DNA of 64,000 nt from an uncultured virus (IMG/VR IMGVR_UViG_3300001518_000020). Its lineage: Duplodnaviria > Heunggongvirae > Uroviricota > Caudoviricetes. Positions 28,549-37,330 of the stretch are shown here, piece by piece. Below the pieces are notes generated by a model that was not told the origin of the DNA, did not search any database, and saw only the letters and a program-made list of their open reading frames with translations. The translations under genes were made by a program, and so were the position numbers. The stretch lies in IMG/VR virus record IMGVR_UViG_3300001518_000020. One strand, 5' to 3'. Numbering within the stretch: the stretch's first letter is position 1; each line of letters begins with the position of its first letter.

Positions 28549-28586
28549 AAGAGGAAATTTAACGTACGTACGTTAAATTTCCTCTT
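28549..28586 (-). terminator. Perfect 38-bp palindrome, terminator after the dNMP kinase
   Basis: AAGAGGAAATTTAACGTAC/GTACGTTAAATTTCCTCTT with a minus-strand T tract. Confidence 0.75.
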
Positions 28587-28612
28587 TAATATAAAAATCT
28601 GTTTTTAATTTA

Positions 28613-29629
28613 TTAAATATATATTAAAAATTGTTTATTGTCATTCATTACAATTTTTACAGGAATAATATTTGTACCTGGTATTTCAACTCCTAAATCT
28701 ATAGTTGGTCCTCCTTTTAAATCAATCATACTAATTTCACAATCTTTATGACCTATTTGTTGAATACCAAATGGTGAACAAACTTTATAACATTCATCAG
28801 ATATTTTACGAAGATAATTATTTACATTTTCACGTGTATTTAAATCAACAATTTCATTTTTAAATTCTATATTATCATGAATTAAATCCCACAATTGTTG
28901 AAACAATTCATCATATCCTTCATTATTCTCTATTATAAAATCATATGAATCTTCTTCATCCAAATCATGTTCTGCAACATTAGGTAATTGTACAACACTA
29001 TTTCTAACAATTTTAATAGTTATACCATTATTTTTATGAATATATTCTAATTCATGTGTAAAACGTACGTCAGTTATAATAGCATATTTTAAATTGTGAT
29101 TATTAAGATATGCATTTTTAATTTGATTTGAAACATTATTAACAAATACTTGTTTATTTAAATCTTGTTGTAACATATAAGTTCCAACATATACCAAAAT
29201 ATCACGTAAACTCATCCAATATTTTGTATCTGAATTCTTATATTCTGAAATATTATAATAATATTCTTCACATGATATTACGTTATCAGGTCTAATTTCA
29301 GTATATTCAAATCCTTTGTTAATACATATCCATGCGGTTGATTTATTAAAATAAAAACATCTTAAATCTATGCCGAAAATTGCAGCGCAAATATATTTTA
29401 ATTGATCTGCAAATGCTATACAAATTACTTGATTTTTATTATCTTTATATTTTTCATAATATGTTGCTGAAGCATTAGGTTTATTATAAAAATTATCATA
29501 AAAACTTTTACATGATTCTATGCTTTCCCAATCTTTCATTAATATAGTATTCAACATCTTTGCAACAGTGTCTTTACCTGAACCAGCCAAACCATTTAAA
29601 CCAATATACAAAAGTTGATCATTATTCAT
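28613..29629 (-). CDS. Deoxynucleoside monophosphate kinase (T4 gp1-like)
   Basis: IGLNGLAGSGKDT, AFADQLK, R.IL..VGT and IITDVRFTHE motifs. Confidence 0.88.
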   Translation of the reverse strand: MNNDQLLYIGLNGLAGSGKDTVAKMLNTILMKDWESIESCKSFYDNFYNKPNASATYYEKYKDNKNQVICIAFADQLKYICAAIFGIDLRCFYFNKSTAWICINKGFEYTEIRPDNVISCEEYYYNISEYKNSDTKYWMSLRDILVYVGTYMLQQDLNKQVFVNNVSNQIKNAYLNNHNLKYAIITDVRFTHELEYIHKNNGITIKIVRNSVVQLPNVAEHDLDEEDSYDFIIENNEGYDELFQQLWDLIHDNIEFKNEIVDLNTRENVNNYLRKISDECYKVCSPFGIQQIGHKDCEISMIDLKGGPTIDLGVEIPGTNIIPVKIVMNDNKQFLIYI

Positions 29630-29687
29630 TTAAATCAATATATAAATTTATCTTAATATTATAATATAGTTATATAATTAACAAATA

Positions 29688-30419
29688 TTAACAATTATTT
29701 ATTCGTTCTTTAGCAATATTAAAATAATTTGTATCTAATTCTATTCCAATAAAATTTCTATTAAGTTTTTTACATGCAACTCCAGTTGTTCCACTACCCA
29801 TACAATTATCTAATATTATATCTCCTTCATTAGAATATGTTTTAACTAACCATTCCAATAATTCAAGAGGTTTTTGTGTTGGATGTAATTTACCTTTTCT
29901 ATTTGGCACAACATTAAATTCTAAAATATCTGATGGTTGTACCCAATTTGGATCATAACGTTTAAATTGTTTTTTCATTAGAGATAAATGATTTGAATTT
30001 CCACAATAATGATCATAATTATAACATTGTTTTATTTTACCAACACGTTCTTTCATTATAGGATTATATATACCAGTACCTTTATTAAATATACAAATCT
30101 CTTCATAATATTTCATTGGCCTATATTTTGATTTAGCCATTCCTGTTGGTACATTCTTCTTCCAAATCAATTTATATTTAAAATTTTTTATATTTGAATT
30201 AATTAAATTAATTGTGAATAATCCTGAACTAAACAAAACAATATTACCATTTTTCTTAATAATTCTATTATAATGTTCCCATAATTTATCGAATGGAATT
30301 AATGAATCCCATGATATATTTGTTACAGCATAAGGCAAATCACAAATAATACAATCTATAGAATTATCTTTAATTTTTTCAAATGTATATAAACAATCTT
30401 CGTTATATAATTCTATCAT
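29688..30419 (-). CDS. N6-adenine/N4-cytosine DNA methyltransferase (beta class)
   Basis: DLPY, HPTQKP and LDNCMGSGTTG motifs. Likely start is ATG 30419 (MIELYNEDC). Confidence 0.92.
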   Translation of the reverse strand: MIELYNEDCLYTFEKIKDNSIDCIICDLPYAVTNISWDSLIPFDKLWEHYNRIIKKNGNIVLFSSGLFTINLINSNIKNFKYKLIWKKNVPTGMAKSKYRPMKYYEEICIFNKGTGIYNPIMKERVGKIKQCYNYDHYCGNSNHLSLMKKQFKRYDPNWVQPSDILEFNVVPNRKGKLHPTQKPLELLEWLVKTYSNEGDIILDNCMGSGTTGVACKKLNRNFIGIELDTNYFNIAKERINNC

Positions 30420-30550
30420 TCCGGAACACTCCAATACATTGAATTTAAAAATATTAATAACTACATATTTAATTAAAAATACGTTCGGGTGAAGCCTGAC
30501 ATGAATTATTAATATTTATTTAATATAGTTAAAATTTGTTTAAAATAAAA

Positions 30551-30570
30551 AATAAGGCCGTAGCCTTATT
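30551..30570 (-). terminator. Intrinsic terminator
   Basis: AATAAGGC-CGTA-GCCTTATT flanked by A/T tracts. Confidence 0.65.
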
Positions 30571-30952
30571 TTTTGTCTGTTAATATTATCATATATTGTG
30601 TACTATCTAACATTTCCATTAATTTTTTATATGTATAATAGTTTTTATTACTTGAATAAAAATATCTATAATTAGGTTGATAATCATTTATTGAATAACA
30701 TTTACCAACTTCAGCAATCCATTTATTGTTTTCATATCTACATAAGTACATTTTACTATATTTTATCAAATTAAATTTAACTAAATGTAAATATGTATTT
30801 TCAAAATTTTTCCAATCAGATTTATTGTCACAATACCATTTTATATTTAATTCTTTACCTGATTTAGACGAATAAACTTTTGGGTTTTCCTCATTCTTTG
30901 TTTCTGAATTAACAATAAGTTTTTCAAATAAATAATGATTTAAATTTATCAT
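30566..30952 (-). CDS. Hypothetical protein with a capsid-targeting-like N-terminus
   Basis: Starts MINLNHYLFEKL. Confidence 0.65.
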   Translation of the reverse strand: MINLNHYLFEKLIVNSETKNEENPKVYSSKSGKELNIKWYCDNKSDWKNFENTYLHLVKFNLIKYSKMYLCRYENNKWIAEVGKCYSINDYQPNYRYFYSSNKNYYTYKKLMEMLDSTQYMIILTDKK

Positions 30953-31197
30953 TTTGACGTTATTGTTTTTTTATAATATTCATTATGAGATTTATCTTTA
31001 ATACGAATTTCAATTACCGACTTACCTTTATCTGTATATTGTTCTATGGTAAACTCTTTAGCTTTGTTAGGAAATGCATTCAAAGATTCTCCTAATCTCA
31101 TTAATGCAAGACCAAATTTTTCATTATCGAATTTACTTATATCAAATATACATACATTTGAAGAAGATTCATTTATTTTTGTTATTATATCTTTCAT
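30949..31197 (-). CDS. Hypothetical protein with a capsid-targeting-like N-terminus
   Basis: Starts MKDIITKINES. Confidence 0.65.
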   Translation of the reverse strand: MKDIITKINESSSNVCIFDISKFDNEKFGLALMRLGESLNAFPNKAKEFTIEQYTDKGKSVIEIRIKDKSHNEYYKKTITSK

Positions 31198-31217
31198 AAT
31201 TATAAGTTATTTAATTT

Positions 31218-31466
31218 TTATTCTGGAAAATTAGGATTTTTCTTTAATCCCTTTTGTAATCCTTGAATTATTAAATCGGTTATTTCTTTATTTGAAGATT
31301 CATAGTTTTGTAATTTCAAATATGCTTCTTTTCGTGATTGAGATTTCATTTTGTTTATGGTTTCATCAACTGTCAAATCATTTCCATATTTATTTGTTAC
31401 TGAATAAGCAAGATATTCACATAAATAAGCAATTAAATCCAAATCTATTTTTTTAGTATTTATCAT
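31218..31466 (-). CDS. Hypothetical protein, possibly the C-terminal half of a frameshifted gene
   Basis: 82 aa. ATGA overlap with the upstream 42-aa ORF at an A6 run. Confidence 0.55.
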   Translation of the reverse strand: MINTKKIDLDLIAYLCEYLAYSVTNKYGNDLTVDETINKMKSQSRKEAYLKLQNYESSNKEITDLIIQGLQKGLKKNPNFPE

Positions 31467-31591
31467 TTTTTCAATATCTGATTTTCATATTCTCCATTGT
31501 TTGGTTCAATAACATATTGTTTTGCAATATCTATTATTTCTGTTTGCCAAGTTTTTTGTGATTCATAAATATATTCATTAATTGATTTCAT
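31463..31591 (-). CDS. 42-aa ORF with a capsid-targeting-like N-terminus (not in the ORF track)
   Basis: MKSINEYIYESQKTWQTEIIDIAKQYVIEPNNGEYENQILKK. Confidence 0.6.
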   Translation of the reverse strand: MKSINEYIYESQKTWQTEIIDIAKQYVIEPNNGEYENQILKK

Positions 31592-31620
31592 ATATATTAT
31601 ATATTATTTTATTTAATATT

Positions 31621-32529
31621 TTATTTTGTAACAGATTTCATAAATTTGTCATCTTTAAGTTTGTTCATTGCCGAACCTTCTCTATCTGGTAATGCTGACG
31701 ATTTATCATCTGCATCTGTTCCTCCTTTGAATACTTGTGGCATATCATCTCTAGAAGGTGCGGATTCAAATGGATAATTATTTGCTTTTATATCTAAAAG
31801 TCTTTCAGTAATATAATCAATTATATCGTCTTTTATTTGTTTTGATAATTTTTTTGAAGATAACTTAGGAATATATTCACAATAAGTATATATTAAAGAA
31901 TCATCAAATGTATCTTCAAGATATTTTCTAATTTTCTTTTCATCAAAATTTTTATCAAAGAAATTAGGACCATCTACTTTATTTGATGGAAGTTTACCAT
32001 TATTATTGTTATCATCCGCTTTAACAGCAGCAATTGTACCTTGAACTGCTTTAAGCATTTGAATTGGTGAAATATCACCATCATAATTAAATGACAATAT
32101 TTTCCCAGTTGGATTTAATGCTATTGCTTGTAACCATGTATGGTGACCATCAATAACATAATTTTGTCTAAAAGTAACAATTGGTTTGTTTATTTCAATA
32201 GGATCACTAAATGTTTTCTTAAATGATTCCTCTTTTACTAATGCATGCTTTAATGATTTATCTAAGTCAATCTCTTTTTGGGTAGGCATTAATTGTGATA
32301 CTGGTATATTCTTTACTGAGAATATAAGTTTAGTATCACCAAGATCACCACCAAATCCATCTTCAAGAAGTGTCTTAGCCTTTGGATCTTCGAGCATTTT
32401 GTTGAGAGTAGCTACATAATCTTCATAATTTTTATGTTTCAACCACTTCTCAAGCTCTTTACGACGTTGCTTATTAGAAGTGGTTGAAACTTCATGAGAT
32501 TCGAATATATAATCAAAAAGTGATTTCAT
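31621..32529 (-). CDS. ParB/Srx-fold protein with a capsid-targeting-like N-terminus
   Basis: L.PTQKEI..PIV...YVIDGHHTW motif. Starts MKSLFDYIFES. Confidence 0.75.
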   Translation of the reverse strand: MKSLFDYIFESHEVSTTSNKQRRKELEKWLKHKNYEDYVATLNKMLEDPKAKTLLEDGFGGDLGDTKLIFSVKNIPVSQLMPTQKEIDLDKSLKHALVKEESFKKTFSDPIEINKPIVTFRQNYVIDGHHTWLQAIALNPTGKILSFNYDGDISPIQMLKAVQGTIAAVKADDNNNNGKLPSNKVDGPNFFDKNFDEKKIRKYLEDTFDDSLIYTYCEYIPKLSSKKLSKQIKDDIIDYITERLLDIKANNYPFESAPSRDDMPQVFKGGTDADDKSSALPDREGSAMNKLKDDKFMKSVTK

Positions 32530-32534
32530 TTATA

Positions 32535-33131
32535 TTAAATATCTAATATTTGAACATTACCATCTATATTAGAAGTAAATACTAAACGTAATGCTGTTAA
32601 ATTTTCAGTATTTTCATCTGGTTCTTCAGGTATAACTTGAGGAACATTTATTGAACTATATAATACTCTATCATTTTTTATTTTAATATCATTTCCATTT
32701 GATACGAAAATATTTTCAATTGTTAATGCATTATCAGTAATATTATATACTATAGATACAAATAACATATCTTTTCTATTATCATATTGGGTTGCCGATA
32801 AAGTATTTGTTGAATATTCTTCACCTTGTTTAAATGTAAGTAATTTAATATTTACATTATCATATTTAAAATCATACCATTTATCATTATAGAATTTAAA
32901 ATGATTCTTTATATCTGGTGAAGTAATATTTTGATTATTTAATTTAATTTTAATATATTCTTCTAAAATATAACCTGCACAATTTTCAAATAATTCATCT
33001 ATTATATTTGAATTATATAATTGAAAATTTGTTAATAATACATTAAATGCATTTTTTAAATTATTTAATATAGGATTAGATAATGATATATTATTTTCAT
33101 CATCTTTGATAAGTATTACAATATTTTTCAT
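32535..33131 (-). CDS. Hypothetical protein
   Basis: 198 aa, first gene after the TTATTTTTA motif at 33148-33164. Confidence 0.7.
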   Translation of the reverse strand: MKNIVILIKDDENNISLSNPILNNLKNAFNVLLTNFQLYNSNIIDELFENCAGYILEEYIKIKLNNQNITSPDIKNHFKFYNDKWYDFKYDNVNIKLLTFKQGEEYSTNTLSATQYDNRKDMLFVSIVYNITDNALTIENIFVSNGNDIKIKNDRVLYSSINVPQVIPEEPDENTENLTALRLVFTSNIDGNVQILDI

Positions 33132-33180
33132 AGTAAAAATTATAATTCTTTTATATAAAAATAAAATTGTTAAGCTGTGC

Positions 33181-33702
33181 TTAACAATTTTTTATTGTAT
33201 CAATAATAGTTTGAATTGGATCATCTGATTTAATAGCTTTACATACCTTTTCATAATCGGTAAAATTATCTTCTAATGAAAATATTGCATAAGTATTATC
33301 ATAATTCTTTTCTAAATTTTTATTTTCATTATAAAATTTAATAATATGTTCAGGTACCATTGGCATTTCTATTTCTTCGCCATTATCGTTTTTTGTCATA
33401 ATCCTATATTCAGGCAATTCAACAACTGGATCATAAATAGGATTAATTAATATCTTTTGTAAGTCTTTATTTAATAATGTAATTAAATAACCACCCAAAT
33501 TCTCACCTATTACTAAATCTATTTTATTTTCCTCAATAATATTATTAAGATCTTTTATAGCTTCTATCGGACTATATTGAGCATAATAATCTGAAATTAC
33601 TGTGAATTTTTTAGAATCTAATCCATCTTTTAATTGTTTAATATATTCAGAGTCAGGTGAATCTCCATAACCCCATACATATAATATTTTTAATTTACTC
33701 AT
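33181..33702 (-). CDS. YqiA-like alpha/beta hydrolase, nucleophile Ser apparently replaced
   Basis: ILYVWGY..S, LVIGENLGGY and KILINP motifs. Confidence 0.75.
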   Translation of the reverse strand: MSKLKILYVWGYGDSPDSEYIKQLKDGLDSKKFTVISDYYAQYSPIEAIKDLNNIIEENKIDLVIGENLGGYLITLLNKDLQKILINPIYDPVVELPEYRIMTKNDNGEEIEMPMVPEHIIKFYNENKNLEKNYDNTYAIFSLEDNFTDYEKVCKAIKSDDPIQTIIDTIKNC

Positions 33703-34186
33703 TTTGTTTTTTAATATATATTATTCTTTGATTTGTACTACCTCTAAATGGACAATGGGCAATATCTCTTAATTCTTCTTTATATGGTCCATCTACTAAT
33801 ACATCTACATATTCTAAAACTTCTTTTTGAACTTTATTTAGTTCTTCATAAACATATCCTGTATATAACCATATATTCTTTTCAGGATAATTAAGCTTAA
33901 CCCATCTTAATAAAGAATTCAATTCATAAAGTGATTGGTTGGATTGATCTAATGGATCACCACCTGAAATAGTTAAACCTTCAACATAATCTCTTTTTAA
34001 CCATTCACTTAATTTATTACAAATACTATTAAATTCTTTAGATAATACTTTTCCTTGTTCATAATTCCAAGTCCAAGGATTATGACATCCTTTACATTTA
34101 TGATTACATCCAGCAACCCATAATGTTACTCTTATACCATTTCCATTATTAATATCTGGGGCAGTTATATCTAAAATTCTAAGCAT
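33695..34186 (-). CDS. nrdG: Anaerobic ribonucleotide reductase activase
   Basis: NGNGIRVTLWVAGCNHKCKGCHN, GLTISGGDP, DVLVDG and FRGSTNQR. Confidence 0.97.
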   Translation of the reverse strand: MLRILDITAPDINNGNGIRVTLWVAGCNHKCKGCHNPWTWNYEQGKVLSKEFNSICNKLSEWLKRDYVEGLTISGGDPLDQSNQSLYELNSLLRWVKLNYPEKNIWLYTGYVYEELNKVQKEVLEYVDVLVDGPYKEELRDIAHCPFRGSTNQRIIYIKKQNE

Positions 34187-34248
34187 ATCTTATTTACATT
34201 TAATTTTATATATTCATTTTATTACAAAATAGTAATAAATTAATATGA

Positions 34249-36834
34249 TTAACAATCTCCCATTATACTTTGACCTATATGATCTAATCGTTGTTTAAAT
34301 TCTTTTTGTTTACCTTTATTAAAATGTTCTATAGTTGTGCTCAAATAGCCAGTTATACGACCCAATTTAACAATATCTTTACAACCACATTTTGGACATT
34401 CTTCTAAATTTTCATCATGAATAGGTTCACCACATTTTGCACAACGATTAAGAGGTATGTTTAATGCAAAATAAGGAATATCGTGATCCATAGCATAATC
34501 AACTATCTTTTCAATTGCATCTATATTATTTACACATGTTGAATCTAACTCTACATAAGTAATACAACCAGCATTTGAATATCCTGTAAGTTGGCTTTCA
34601 AGATCAATCTTCTTAAATGCATCACAATTATAATAAACAGGAATATGTATAGAATTGGTAAAATATTCTTTATATTCTTTTTCTCCATTTGAATTAATAA
34701 AATATGTTACTCCTTCTAAATCATATTCTGGATATGCTTTACGGAACTTATTAAATGATGTATAACAAAGATTCTCGGCAGGAGTATAATAAACACCAAA
34801 ATTAAGTTTATATTCCTTTTTGAATTCAGATGTTCTATCTAAGAATAATTGCTCAATCTTCTTAGCATATTCCATCCCTTTTTCTGTTGTATGATCATAA
34901 CCAAACAATAAATAAAGTGTTTCTGACATACCTATTTGACCAATAACTAATGTACCATGCTTAAGTGCAGATATAATTCCTTCTTCTTCATGATATCCAG
35001 CCATTGTATGATTTTCATACATATAACGAGCTGATTTATATGATTGTGAACAAATATGATTGAAACGTTCAAGTAACATATCTTTAGCTTCATGAATTTT
35101 CTTATCTAAAAGTTTCATAAATTCATTGAACATTTCTTCTTGAACTTTACCAAAGTCTACAGTAATACCTTCATATTTCTTTTCAATTTTCTTACGAACC
35201 ATCGCGGCAAGAGTTGGCATAATAATAGTTGTTGGGGCAATGTTTCCACGACCATCTTTTATAACACCTGAGAATACATCATCTATATCATCATATCTTC
35301 CATCTATAATACATTGAACATTTCTCTTAAAGTTATCAAATGCATTGATATCAAGACCATTAACTGTACGACATCCCATCGTGCTAAAATATTCAATAGG
35401 ACGTTCATTCATATCTATTTTAATAGATCCTTCGTTAAATATAGGCTCTACATATAATCCAACTTTTTCCATACATTCATCTTGATTTTGTTGAATCATA
35501 TACCAAAGCTTTTTATAAGATTCTTTATCAAGTGAATTGATATACTCTTGTTTTTGTTTTCTATCAGCTTTAAACCAATTAACTTGATTAGACCAGTCAC
35601 AATTTGCATAATTAGGATATATACGCATAGCTGTAGATTTAAGTGCTAAACGCTTCAAGTCATAATTAGGTGTACCTGGTTTATCATTAATTCCTTTTTT
35701 ATATTGGAAAATACCACATGGGAATATTGATGTAACACCTTTTTTACCAAGACCTTCCATAGAAACTTCTAAAAGTGCTTTGATAACCATACGTCCTTCA
35801 AGTTCTGTACAAGTACCATAATTGATAGAAGAGAATGGAAGTTGATTTCCTGAACGGGATTGGAGAGTATTTAAATTGTGATACATTCCTTCAACTGCTT
35901 GATATGTCTCTTTCTTTGTATCAAATAATGCTTTTTGTCTAATCGTCTTGTCTAATTTATCATTTGCAAAATAAAAATCTTTATCTTCTAATTTAGTTTC
36001 TAAATAAAACTCTGTTACCATATTTTCAACCCAATGTTTAAATTCATCATAAGTAAGTCCTAAAACATCAAGCTCTAAAAATTCCGGACGTTGTTCTATC
36101 CATTGTGATATATAATGTTTACGATATGATTTACGAACATAAGGTACCATAGTCCAATCAATATGAGTTGCGGCTACACCACCAAATTGTTGTAATGATT
36201 GTAATTGGAAGTTAACAGCTACCAATTGCATTGCTGTATTAACTGAACCTGCAGGACGTACATCAGTTTGTCTTGTTATAACACCTTTTTCAAGTTTATC
36301 ATCTAATGGGTGTGATAAGCAATTATGATCACCTACTAACCAATGATCTGCATCATGAATGTATACCATATTTCCTTCATGATTTCTACGACCCATCTTA
36401 GACATTTTCTTTAATGCTCTATCTTTAGCTACAACACCCGATGTTTCACCTAAACGACCACCAAATGATTGTTCATCTAAGTTGGCATTTTGATTTTGAA
36501 CATTTGTAGCATTAAGCTTCTCTGTAATTTGCTTCATTAAATCAGATTTCTCTTCACGACATTCTTCTCTTTTTTGTCTATACTTAATGAAAGATTCTAC
36601 AACTTCATATTTATTACGCTTAATAAGCTCTTTTTGTATACAATCTTGAATTTCTTCAATTGGAGTACCTGATCCATTGTTTTTGATAATAAGCTTTTCA
36701 ACCGATTCCTTTAATTGTTCCAAAAACTTCTCAGGAACTTCTTGTTCAACAGATTTAAATGCTTTATCGACAGCATCAGCAATCTTAATAAAACTATATT
36801 CCTGAGGTGTACCATCTCGTTTAATTATTGTCAT
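34249..36834 (-). CDS. nrdD: Anaerobic (class III) ribonucleoside-triphosphate reductase
   Basis: ATP-cone IIKRDG, MGCR, GRGN, TPAE, YFTNS.H, Zn-ribbon CxxC..CxxC and glycyl-radical RITGY. Confidence 0.97.
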   Translation of the reverse strand: MTIIKRDGTPQEYSFIKIADAVDKAFKSVEQEVPEKFLEQLKESVEKLIIKNNGSGTPIEEIQDCIQKELIKRNKYEVVESFIKYRQKREECREEKSDLMKQITEKLNATNVQNQNANLDEQSFGGRLGETSGVVAKDRALKKMSKMGRRNHEGNMVYIHDADHWLVGDHNCLSHPLDDKLEKGVITRQTDVRPAGSVNTAMQLVAVNFQLQSLQQFGGVAATHIDWTMVPYVRKSYRKHYISQWIEQRPEFLELDVLGLTYDEFKHWVENMVTEFYLETKLEDKDFYFANDKLDKTIRQKALFDTKKETYQAVEGMYHNLNTLQSRSGNQLPFSSINYGTCTELEGRMVIKALLEVSMEGLGKKGVTSIFPCGIFQYKKGINDKPGTPNYDLKRLALKSTAMRIYPNYANCDWSNQVNWFKADRKQKQEYINSLDKESYKKLWYMIQQNQDECMEKVGLYVEPIFNEGSIKIDMNERPIEYFSTMGCRTVNGLDINAFDNFKRNVQCIIDGRYDDIDDVFSGVIKDGRGNIAPTTIIMPTLAAMVRKKIEKKYEGITVDFGKVQEEMFNEFMKLLDKKIHEAKDMLLERFNHICSQSYKSARYMYENHTMAGYHEEEGIISALKHGTLVIGQIGMSETLYLLFGYDHTTEKGMEYAKKIEQLFLDRTSEFKKEYKLNFGVYYTPAENLCYTSFNKFRKAYPEYDLEGVTYFINSNGEKEYKEYFTNSIHIPVYYNCDAFKKIDLESQLTGYSNAGCITYVELDSTCVNNIDAIEKIVDYAMDHDIPYFALNIPLNRCAKCGEPIHDENLEECPKCGCKDIVKLGRITGYLSTTIEHFNKGKQKEFKQRLDHIGQSIMGDC

Positions 36835-37007
36835 TCTAAATCACATTACATATTTTTTTTAATTTTTTAACATATTATAATATTTATTAAAATAGAAATT
36901 TTACGGTCATATTATAATAAAGTGATATATAAAAATAACCACAAAATTATAAAAAAATCAATGAAATTTAGATGTTTTTAAACTTATTTTTTATCGGTCA
37001 AAAAAAT

Positions 37008-37035
37008 AAAGTGTGCCGTTTTTTTGACACACTTT
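37008..37035 (-). terminator. Intrinsic terminator
   Basis: AAAGTGTG(C/T)C...GACACACTTT stem with a minus-strand T tract. Confidence 0.55.
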
Positions 37036-37073
37036 TGAGTTTATTTTTAATAGCCTTTTAGACTAATTTTTAT

Positions 37074-37328
37074 TTAAATTTTTATTAATTTATGTGATTG
37101 TCTTAATATATATGGTTTTTTAACATAACTATATTTACCATTTATATATACAAAATTTTTACACCAATATTCATCTTGATCCTTTTCATTAATTTGTATC
37201 TTAACAAAACATGGAGTAAATCCAATCACAGTACCTTTATGAAAACTTTCCCATCTTCCATCATACCATTGGTGCATATAAACAACATTGTCACCAATTT
37301 GTAATTCATTATCAAATGTATCTTTCAT
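37074..37328 (-). CDS. Hypothetical protein
   Basis: 84 aa, MKD..NELQIGD.V. Confidence 0.65.
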   Translation of the reverse strand: MKDTFDNELQIGDNVVYMHQWYDGRWESFHKGTVIGFTPCFVKIQINEKDQDEYWCKNFVYINGKYSYVKKPYILRQSHKLIKI

Positions 37329-37330
37329 AA

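Noticed and set aside
32535..33131. Degenerate PD-(D/E)xK nuclease (GYILEE..YD..IKLL)
   Set aside because: The resemblance is too weak and the ExK motif is absent. It cannot be supported without a profile search.
35200..35600. Possible intein or intron in nrdD around MGCR
   Set aside because: The extra segments are short, the frame is continuous, and there are no intein termini (C...HN) or group I core elements.
36835..37073. NrdR box or riboswitch upstream of nrdD
   Set aside because: No convincing match to the NrdR consensus. Only a terminator and a CTATTTT motif are visible.
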